A stretch of 63,752 bases of DNA, the filler included, from Lenisia limosa (lineage: Eukaryota > Protista > Breviatea), in the NCBI GenBank assembly GCA_001655205.1. It is 11 parts of 11 records of this genome, joined end to end, with 100 filler letters (N's around TTAATTAATTAA, not from the genome) between each part and the next. Parts side by side here need not be neighbours in the genome. Positions count along the whole stretch, not along the records: positions 25,172 to 52,976 come from LPNZ01009141.1; positions 53,077 to 56,288 come from LPNZ01003514.1; positions 56,389 to 61,887 come from LPNZ01009762.1; 8 more parts are not named here. One strand, 5' to 3'. The notes under the pieces are model-generated. The model ran no database searches. It was not told the origin of the DNA and worked only from the letters and a program-made list of their open reading frames with translations. Below, one piece after another: positions 48,601 to 59,500 of the stretch. Position 1 is the first letter of the stretch. The number at the start of each line of letters is the position of its first letter. The position numbers and the translations under genes were made by a program.

Positions 48601-51600
48601 ATTGTGATATTGACTCCTTCGGTCCGGAAATGCGGATTGCAGTCAGGTTGTGCTCATTTTGGAACGTCTCCGAAGTGACTGAAGGGCTAATGATTGACAC
48701 TACAGAAATGTTACCCATCGCTGAGCTGACTTCGACCTAAACCATTAGAAATGTTGGTAAACGAAATGATGGAGTACAAAGCTAGATGAAAATGAAAGCA
48801 AAAGGTTGCAAAAGAGAGATACCACCACCCAGCAAACCGTAGCTATTTCATCATCAAATTTGTCGAAAGTCATTGCAGGAATGAACATGGGCTCATCAAT
48901 AACGGCATGGGTTTCATTGAATGAGGATATCACCAAATCATCAATAACAGACTCAACAATGATGAAGAAAGTTGTGGAATTGGCGGCAACTTCGGTTTGG
49001 GTGTCGTTTCCAGGTCCGTCAAAAGCTACTGTCTGGTCACGTGATAGAACAATGACGTGGCACTCAACTACACCATGGAAGTCAAGCGGTGGAGTGTATA
49101 GGGCACTGGTCCAATACGAGATGCTAACATTCCATCTTTCACCAAACCCGTCAGAATGAAGCTCTTCAGCGGGTTCCAAGGTACCGATCTGACAAGAGAC
49201 CATGGCATGAGCGTCCAGTTCCTCACTACCATCGGTGTCCACAAGTTCAGCAACCACCGAAATGGCAGCACTTGAATCCTCCTCCATTGTAATGTTTGAT
49301 ACTGACAGAAGAGGGGAATTTGAAACAGCCCGCACAGTGATAGCCATTGTCTTCTGAAGGGTAGCTGAACTGGCTTCTTTGTCGGAGGAGACGGCGGTAA
49401 TATTAACTAAAAATTGACCAGAGTAGAATGCTGGAGGAGTAAAAGTGATGTTGGACACTTCAGATGAATTACCCGCTGATATGACCCAAAAGTTGGCATT
49501 TTCAACTCCTTTGTCCAAGATAGAGCCCTCCGGGAAAGGTCCAATTGTGACTGTTAAGAGCTCGGAGCCATCAGCATCAGAAAGAATAACATTCACCTGA
49601 AGTTCCACTGGTAAATCCTCGAATGTCACAGTATCTTTAGCCGTTATTCTAGGCCTATCTGCAAGGCTTCCGATTTGTACAGAGAAGTTCTTGACTATCG
49701 GCTCGGATACGGGTTGGTGGTCACGTGTCTCTTTTGTGGCAACTGACACAGCTAGGTTCCAGATGCCATGGGTGTTTGGAGGGGGAATGAAGTCCGTTGA
49801 GCAGAGCTCCGGTCCAGGGATGGTCCATTCAGAGGGTCCCATAGCTTGGCCGTTGCTGAAAGAGGCACCCATGGGAACCCTGTTAATGATGGCGTCTGTG
49901 AGGTTCTCAGAAGGGTCAATGGTAGACAGAGAACAGTTTAGCCGAAGGTTGGCATCTTCTGACCCGATAACATCCAAAAGCTCAAAAGATGGTCCGTTAG
50001 CCTCGGCTCGGACAGTGACATTTGTGATGTGTTGGTGGATAATGATGACGTCATCTGTGAGGGGGCCAGAAGTGAAGTTAAAGCTTCCGACATAGAATGG
50101 CTCAAGAATGGCCTCAACTGTGGGGATAGGCCGCAGATCAAACACTGACTCTGGGATGATCCAAGTGTCTAAATCGTAAATGGAGGGAACAATCATCCAG
50201 ATACTACGCATGAAGATTGAGAACAATATTATGTTTATGTCAGATCTAAATATATTATTACTTATTTCATATAGTATATAGTATATAGTATGTATACTAT
50301 CAATAAACTGCGAAATTGTAAAGAATAATAAGAAGGCTCTTCCAAAAACAATACCCTCACCCAGCAGCTTACCATTGTCACCTTGGAAGCCGTGCGTGAT
50401 ATTCACAACGGGTGGGCCCGGAAGAATGAGCTTCATGCTCGCTGACTCCGAACCATCACTATCCGCCAATTGCAGCAAGATCAAGTGGTCGCCTTCTAAT
50501 ACCTCAATTGTCGAATCAAGGAATATTGGCTGGTCTGCTTTACCAAAAAGGCGGAATTCGGCTGTGGATATTATCTCGGACTCATCGCCTGTGTCCTTCT
50601 CCCGTGAAAACAGCCGGACTGTTGAGTTGAAGCTTTGGTCTAGACAGTGATATTGGAAACTCAACGGGCAGTTTTTGAAAGCAGAATATGGCCACTGTCC
50701 CAAATAAGATGATGCAAAAGGATAAAAAACCTCATTAGTACAAACACATTGCCCATTGAAGACCCCCCCCCTCTCACCAGAGTCAGGAATTGGGCTAAAG
50801 GTCACGTTGATAAAGTCCTCAGCCGCTATTCGGGTGATATTTTCCTCCGGCGTAGTGGACGGCAAGATAACGCCCTTCAAGCCAATAAAGTCCATAAAGA
50901 GCTCCTCGGACCCATCGGTGTCTAAAAAGGGTAACTAACTAAAATAATAGTCAAAAGAACATCTGATTATCTATGTTGCGGTACAAAAGGTAACTGGTGT
51001 CAAATAATGAGCCCTCACAAGCTTACCGGTGAGATTGGCAGAGATGGAGAAGACAACATCTGTATCTTCGAATACCTTGAATTGGCGAGGGAATCCAGAC
51101 AATGAAGGCGGGGTAACAATGGACGAAATAATTATTTTGAAAGTTGCAGCATTTTCCACAGTTGAGTTGGAGGCTTCGTCATAAGAAACGGCAGTGACGG
51201 TTGCAGTGACAGTTCCACTGAAGTATTTCGGGGCTCTCACCATAAAATCTCCGGAAGATGGAACGCTGAATGTTGCGTTTGTGGCCTCAGTGTCAACAAC
51301 AATGACATTATCAGTGTCAAAGTAGGCTGTGACGTACTGGATAGTTTCCATCCAAGCTGGGGTGATGGTGCCGTTTACTACTGCATCTGAGCCTTCCAAA
51401 GTTTTCACCTTGATGAAATGGAGATTCGGAGGGTCAACCACAGGAAGGACTTCGAAAGAAAATGAATTGACAACAAAAGTGGGGAGGATGTCTTTACCGT
51501 CAGAGCCGCGGTCATCAAGAGTTATTTGGACCGTTGACGTTCCAAAGAAGTCGGTAATGGGCTTGAAAGACAAGCCAGTATCCAGTGCCTCCTTGAGATT

Positions 51601-52935
51601 CGTAGTGGTTCCGAAAAGAATGACGACGTCATCAGACGGCGTTGATATAATGACATTCTTCTTCTTGGCAACACTCTTGGACATAATGGGTACAGCGGTA
51701 CTGTTGATAGAGAGAATTGTAACCATGAGAGAGTTGGAACCCGCATCAACATCGTCAATAGACCACCCTTCAGGCGTCTTAAGCACAGTGTCTTCCATTG
51801 TTGTTGATGTGTTGTTTCGGAGTTCAGCAGGAAGACCAATAACAGGAGGATCATTGATAGGGGCAACTGTTAAGGTGGTTCGAACTGTACTGTTGAAGAC
51901 ACGGCTTCCTTCAGAAGAGTCTTCAAGTGTGTACCATGTTTTAACTACACCATTGTAGTTAAGCGGAGTGACTAATCGTATTGAGGAGAGAGCCACACTA
52001 GCATCAGCAGTGGTTGCAGTAAAATAGAAGGACTTTGTATTATTTCCAACAAAGTTTGTGACTGATTGTTCCGCATCCAAAAAGATGACACCAACATTTA
52101 CTTTCACATAAACCGTAACAGTACTACCATCAATATCATATACCGTAATATTAGACTGCACTTGCGGTCCTCCGTCTTCAATCAAAGGGTGGTGATTGTT
52201 GAATGTCATAATGGCCTTATCGTTGACGGCGGAAATATCAAACTCAACAATGGCTGGTTCGCTTTGCCAAACTCCGTCGAAGGCAGCCCATTCAAATTCA
52301 GTAATGTCTGCACCATTTGAATGGAGTGCAGGTGTCCACTCCAGGGAACACAGAGGCACATCAAACGGTACAGCATCTACTTCCTGTCCAGTTGTAAGCC
52401 TAAGAATACCAATGCTCGGAAGGGTCAACACAACACAAGTCAGTTCTTTAAACCATGGATCGGTAGTGCTGTCAATATCGGAAGCCTCGAGGGTGAACTG
52501 AACTAGAGTATCTTCCGATGTGGAGACACGCCCATCATGAGCGACAGGTCGATCGTTGTACGGTTTGATAATTAGCTAAATCGTGAGCAAAAACAACATA
52601 ATTCACTGAAATTAATTTACAACTGGGATTGAAAAACAAGTGAAACGTTCAATACACTAACATTTCAGCACAATCACACAAAGGGATAAAATAAAAAAGA
52701 AGCAACAAATAAAATTTGGCGGATCCACAATTACTCTCAAGTACGCTCTCTCACATTAATAACACCCTCGTTTGTAGATTTTAAATCAGTATCATAAGCA
52801 TGGAAATTGATTTCTGCAATTCCATTTATGTCCCATTGGTGGAGGGGAGGCGTGTACCAGAGCGTATCTCCAGTAATGTTAACGGGGAAAGAAGTATATG
52901 GCACACCCACTTCTCCATCATCATTCTGAAGAGTC
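42646..52935 (-). CDS. Giant type-I membrane protein: about 12 cadherin-like/Big_9 repeats, 3 unrecognised repeats, Cys-rich TM, cytoplasmic PDZ
   Basis: Repeats such as YNDRPVA..TSEDT..ASDID, VNDK, INDPP..TMEDT. TM IAAATGGASVSLLLCCLCCFCLVIPFCCKKK at ~45410-45510. PDZ spliced from exons at ~43600-42970. Confidence 0.75.
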
Positions 52936-53169
52936 AGTTGTGCAATGGTTCAATTTGAAAATGGTTTTGGTCCAACNNNNNNNNNNNNNNNNNNNNNNNN
53001 NNNNNNNNNNNNNNNNNNNNTTAATTAATTAANNNNNNNNNNNNNNNNNNNNNNNNNNNNNNNNNNNNNNNNNNNNTATAAAAACAAGGTGCTATTCCTT
53101 TAATGCAACTCTTCAATTGGTCATTTATATTCAAATTAAAAGAATCAAAATCCAAATTTGGCAAATAAA

Positions 53170-55699
53170 GTGACAAAACCCCCACGCACTTCCAGGTAAT
53201 TCTCGCATGACGTGAACGCAGTCAGAGCTGACTGACGAAAGCACGTAGTAAGCCTGTTTGTATCCGAGGTTGAGGTAGATGTACTTTCCAACTAGGAAAT
53301 GTCAAATAGTGCAAAAATACCTGGAAAAAACAAGATTGATAAAACTTAACGCATGTAATATGCAAAGAATAACGAAGGTATAGGATGTGCCAAAACTGCC
53401 TTACCTTAACGTTTGTAGTTCATAACTATTGTTTAAATATTCAATTAATGACCACCCTTACAAGAATAGAAGTTGTCATTGTAGTAGCAGTTCAGCGGAT
53501 TGGCATCAGATACACCTAAAACAATCACACCAAAGAAGGAACACTTATTAAAAGAGCAAAGCACAAAACACCAATGCTTATAACCTTTTTTGTTCTTCAC
53601 CCATAATTTCTCTTGACGGCTGAAAACAACTGTATACCACAAGAAGAGGGTTTACCTCATATCAAACATGATCGCCCTACTTTCAAGAACACCATTTCGT
53701 CGATTAACAACAAGGTTGTGTGTTGCTGCTGATTCCTTCAGTGCTTCAGCATTGATAATCGTGATTTCATGTGACTCTATAACGTGAAATCAGTACTCGG
53801 AGACATGAAAGCGGAGAATGGATAGTTAACGAGACTTTTGAAAAAGCAGGTCAGACTTTTCGGTTGCCAACAACCAAAAAGCACCCATTTGCTCACCTTG
53901 CACCAAAATAACCTTATCTTTGGTGTACAGAATGTCCATAAATGGCGTATTACAAGCTGAAGTGAGGTCGTACGACTGGAGTCCAAAGAGCGTGATCACG
54001 CTGATGACGTTGGCTGAATTGTGAGTACACCGATATTCTCAGAGTGAGTATTTATGAATTTAGCGCAGTCCAAGCCTACAAGAACCATCAGCTGATATGC
54101 CAACCCCCCCAATGTAGCGATATTGCTCTTGCTTCATGGGAAGGCCCGAGAGAAACCCAAAAGTCTCTGCTTCTTCAAGGTTCATAAAGTCCAGCAAAAC
54201 GCCATGTGTCAAATCTGGGGGGGGGGGNNNNNNNNNNNNNNNNNNNNNNNNNNNNNNNNNNNNNNNNNNNNNNNNNNNNNNNNNNNNNNNNNNNNNNNNN
54301 NNNNNNNNACAAAGCCGTACAATGGAACGAAAAAAGCGACATATCACATAATTCAACAACAGCATAATGAAAGTAATTTTCTTTTCCATGCCCTGGCTCC
54401 AACCTAGGATTATCCGAGATTTAGGTCAAAATTTTTGATAGTCTGATTTAAGGATTTAGGATTTCGGATATTTAGAATTCTAATTCCGCTATGAGCCTAC
54501 TTCAACCCCTACTTTTAGAGATACTGCCAAAGGGGGAAGCATCAGCAATGGTACCATAACTGGAAATTTCTTTCCACGCAGCCTGGAGTTCTGTTAGTTG
54601 AAGATATTTCTGCCAGCTTGATTCTATTTTTAAAAAACATATAGCATGGTTTGCTTTATAATTTGAGTTTGAAAATATTAGATATAAATATGTATGATAT
54701 GTATTTTTGTAGGTTCACAGACTTGACACACCCCAATATAAACCAATTGCATGTTTTTAAGAATTCTGGCGCACAAACCTCAGTGTGCAGGGTTGGCTTC
54801 ACAAACTCCAGGATACTTATTGTGTCTTCTAAAGAAGTAATCACAATCATAAGATACATTGTGTGATCGATCATTCACTCCTCATCACAGCCCTACCAAT
54901 TGTTTTGACCTCGGCGTAGATAGCACTGCTGGTTGTGATGACTTTTGAGACTGCCACAATGTCGGGGTCATTGATTGAGTCCAAAACGGTTGATCGAAAG
55001 AACTAAACTGCCTTTAGGATGCAAAATAACGGAAGAAAATGATAGTATTAATGCGCTGAAAAACAAGGAACTACACGAACTGACAGAAATGTAAACAGTG
55101 CTAACACTCTGGGTATGGGTATGCTTCTGGCTTTGATAAGATATCAGCCTAGGGACTTTGCTCCACATTATTTGGATCAATGTAGAAAGAGGAATGAAGA
55201 AAAGTTGTTTGACTGAAAGTACGTTATTTCAAAGAATAGAGCATACACAATCGTTTAAATATGAAGATTTTTTAATCTACAAGTAATTATATCGCTAAAT
55301 AGAAAAAATATTATTAGAACAAAGAAGAAAAGGTTACAACCGATTGTATGTGAAAAAGCACTCAACCCTTATTTGATCATTGTGCAACCCNNNNNNNNNN
55401 NNNNNNNNNNNNNNNNNNNNNNNNNNNNNNNNNNNNNNNNNNNNNNNNNNNNNNNNNNNNNNNNNNNNNNNNNNNNNNNNTTCTTTGCCTACAATGAAAT
55501 GAGAGAAAGAACAGTGGATAAACAACACGGTTTACGACACGTTGTACAGAAACACGATGAGTCTGCAAACTAATAATGTCACAAAGAACTTGAATCCTTT
55601 CATTTTTCTACTTGAGTTTAACCCTTATCATCCCAAAGACCAACCGAAGATCGTGAAGCATCCGAGCAAGATGAATACAGCGAAAATAGTAGAAGACAT
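53170..55699 (-). CDS. Secreted/membrane protein N-terminus with signal peptide, probably the 5' part of the giant receptor
   Basis: ATG at 55699, MSSTIFAVFILLGCFTIF (hydrophobic leader), then minus-strand exons. Same strand and directly upstream of the receptor, but across a linker gap. Confidence 0.5.
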
Positions 55700-56578
55700 G
55701 GTTCTGCTTTAAAATGAATACAGCAGTAGAATAAAGCTCAGATTATCAGTGCAGGGATACAGGGGCAGCGGGCAGTTAAGTCCACATTACATTTCTTTAA
55801 TATGCTTGAATATACGTCTCTTAGTACTCTCTACTAGTCAGTGTCATCTATTCCTGGTCTCAAACACTCGATAATGTGAAAATGTACCTGGGGAACCACC
55901 CATACAAATACCAATTCAATTTTTCTGGTACTGTGAATTGTTTACTTTCTTTCTCTCTTTAAATACAGGTGAGCTGCCTTTGCGCGAGTTGTAATTTTGC
56001 TCGAGGTATTTTGCGTCACTAGCCTTCTAATAATTCAATTTGACAACCATCATAACACCATCATAACCAAATCACAACTGTCTTCATCTGCTTTATGACC
56101 GAAAACCAGAGAGAGTGATTGGTTAATTGGTTAAGATTAAGTTTATGATTGGTTTCTCTCGCCCAACAGATTAGCTCAAGTCTCAGGGTAATGGAAATAA
56201 ACCACACGTTTATTAGACATAGAAGGCCCTGATAGACTAGGCGAATGGCCGTCGTTGCGGCTTCTTTCCGCTCAGTGGCCGATGGAATNNNNNNNNNNNN
56301 NNNNNNNNNNNNNNNNNNNNNNNNNNNNNNNNTTAATTAATTAANNNNNNNNNNNNNNNNNNNNNNNNNNNNNNNNNNNNNNNNNNNNGGGGGGGGGGGG
56401 GCATACAGAAGGTGTTATGTTGATGTTTGACCATTGTTTTTCTATTTAATATTTATTTTGACTTGCTTTGTGTTATTTTTACTTGTTCACCCCAGTACAA
56501 CACTATCTTTACTTGTTCTATCAAAAACTTGTCTTTTTTTTGTTCTAATACTTGTTTGTACTTATTCTAATAACTTAG

Positions 56579-59500
56579 TCCCAACATTGTCTTTTGGAGT
56601 CTCCTACTGGTATGTTGGAATGCTGGAAGCTGTGTGTAATGTACAGTATACACTGACCAGCGATAAATGACACGCTTGACTAAAGACTAAGTTCAATACC
56701 CGTGTCAGGACTTATTGCTGTCATTATATGGTGAATCTGTGTCCATTAATATGATATGACTAGGGCTTCACTCCAATTCAAAAAAAGACTGTATTTCTCG
56801 ATATATTATTAAGGAACTTGTGAACATGATACTATGGGAGTACAGGAAGTTGTATACATTATTTAGAATTCAATATCTCGTATTAGCGCTATGGTGTGGA
56901 CGGCTTCGGTTAAATAAAAACTTGTTGTATTTCTAATATCTTGTTACGTTATTCTACACATCGATATGTATGATATGATATTCTATTGAATAGAGCTTAT
57001 GACCCACTTCCAGGAACCGGAAAAACGGCTTGTTTGTTGTCGACAACTCTGGCCTGGCAGTTTGCTTACAAATTCGCAAGGACGGTGTGAAGGCTTCATT
57101 TTTTCCTTGGTTTTGCTAAGGGGGTTGTTTTAATTCCTTCCACCATATTTTTACACAGTATATACATATAGTATTTCTATCGTCGATATATATCATGATA
57201 TGTATTATATATATCTACTCCTTCCCCCTCCTCCGCATTTTTGGCATTTTCCTCCAAATAAGAGTCTCGAAACGCCTTTCTCCCTTATTGTATAAAATGT
57301 TTATACCACGCCAATATTATGCACACCTCCNNNNNNNNNNNNNNNNNNNNNNNNNNNNNNNNNNNNNNNNNNNNNNNNNNNNNNNNNNNNNNNNNNNNNN
57401 NNNNNNNNNNNNNNNNNNNNNNNNNNNNNNNNNNNNNNNNNNNNNNNNNNNNNNNNNNNNNNNNNNNNNNNNNNNNNNNNNNNNNNNNNNNNNNNNNNNN
57501 NNNNNNNNNNNNNNNNNNNNNNNNNNNNNNNNNNNTTTTATTTTGGAGCTTTTTGGCTGGTTTTTGGAGTTGAGGTTATGCGAAGATTCCTTCCCAACTC
57601 TGGACCATTTAGACACAAAATATTGTTTTCCTGGATACAAGATGATAATTATTTTTCCGCGAATAAAGAGTTATAGTTTCGATTCTAACTTTCCCTCATC
57701 AGGACCTGGCATGGACCAAATCCCCAGAATCCTCTACGCTACGCGGACGCACACGCAATTAGGTCACGTTATCAAAGAACTCAAAACGTCCCCGTACCGG
57801 TCAGTTTGATTCGGCTCTTTCTATTTTTTTTTTGTTTTTGAGATTTCAGAAATTTTTGAAATATTTTTTGTCTTTCTCCCCATTTTNNNNNNNNNNNNNN
57901 NNNNNNNNNNNNNNNNNNNNNNNNNNNNNNNNNNNNNNNNNNNNNNNNNNNNNNNNNNNNNNNNNNNNNNNNNGCGTTCACCCCAAAGTTTCTCAACTCA
58001 AGGGCTCAGCCCAAGTATGTGCCTTCTCACTATTCACTCCCCCCACTCCCGCTTCCCCCCTTTTCACATGCTGGAGTGAGAAGCGACTGGACTGGGCTTT
58101 GTTTGATTCGTTGTTATCAGAGTTGATTTGGGCTTTTTGTTTCATACATTTTCCTATTTTACTAATGCTAATGATACTAATAACAATAAATAATAATAAT
58201 AATAATAAAACAGCAACAATAAAACTAATGTTCTGACTTCAGAACAATGCATGCCGAAAGCTCTCAGCGTCCCATTCCTGTGAATACCAAAACAACGTGG
58301 ATGGTGGGTCTCAATCAAGGTTTCACTCCGCTATAAAAATGAGTGAATTTATTGATTATTCATCAATATATACATGTACATATTTCTATCTCTGTGTACT
58401 GAGACAATTGAATATTTTTCGTTAGGCTGCTTTTGCGTTCTATCTCCGAATATGTCATAAAATGATTGCTGTTTTTTTTTTGTACCGGAGGGAAGCGATA
58501 GTCACAACAGAACGCCCATTTTTAGGACTGATGTAGTCTTGCTTGACTTTTATTAAATTTCATATTTCTTATACGTGTGATGGTGTGGACGGCTTTGGCC
58601 AGATAAAACCTTTTGTCATTTCTCTCTTTGTATTATCGTGTATTCGTTTGTGATGACTTTGTTTATTTTTATCATCTTCACACGTCTCTTGGTTTTCTTC
58701 TCACCTCAACATCATAATATTTGGCCAGATACAACCTTGGTTTTCTCCTTCCCCCCATTCTTCTCCTTTGCTTTGACCATGCAGTCAAAAGACCAGAGTT
58801 TGCCAAGGAAGGCAGGATTATGGACATCGAAGACCTCTGCAAGGAGGGAAGAAGCCAAGCGGTGGGAGGGGGTATTTTTAGGGCTACACTTCGTTTCGAA
58901 AAAAAAAAATCGATAATTTTCGAGATTTATCGAGAAATTCAGAACCGAAGTGAAGCCTTAAGTATATTACGGTATAGGTTAGGAATTGGCTCATCTAAAA
59001 AAGGGGGTGGGCAGGGTCTGTAGTTAAAAAAATATATAGTGATAAAAGTGGTTATGAATGGGGTATTTGGCTTTTATGTTTCAAAAAGTTATCCTTTTAC
59101 TCGCTGGAGTGATGAGATNNNNNNNNNNNNNNNNNNNNNNNNNNNNNNNNNNNNNNNNNNNNNNNNNNNNNNNNNNNNNNNNNNNNNNNNNNNNNNNNNN
59201 NNNNNAATGGGCTGTTTTTGTATCTAAAAATTCACAATCCCCCCTCCCCCACAGGTCTGCCCGTATTATCTCCAGCGTTCAATACAGAAAGAGGCTGATA
59301 TCTCGTTTGTCCCGTACAACTACCTTGTGGACCCCCAATCTCGGGCATCTATGGAAATTGAGCTTGACAACTCCGTAATCATTTTCGATGAGGCCCATAA
59401 TCTTGTATGATGGTGACAATTAAAATGAACGTGGATGGGGGGGGGGGGGGNNNNNNNNNNNNNNNNNNNNNNNNNNNNNNNNNNNNNNNNNNNNNNNNNN

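Noticed and set aside
47309-52506. Many plus-strand and alternate-frame ORFs over the adhesin
   Set aside because: Shadow ORFs of long stop-free exons, with no independent motifs.
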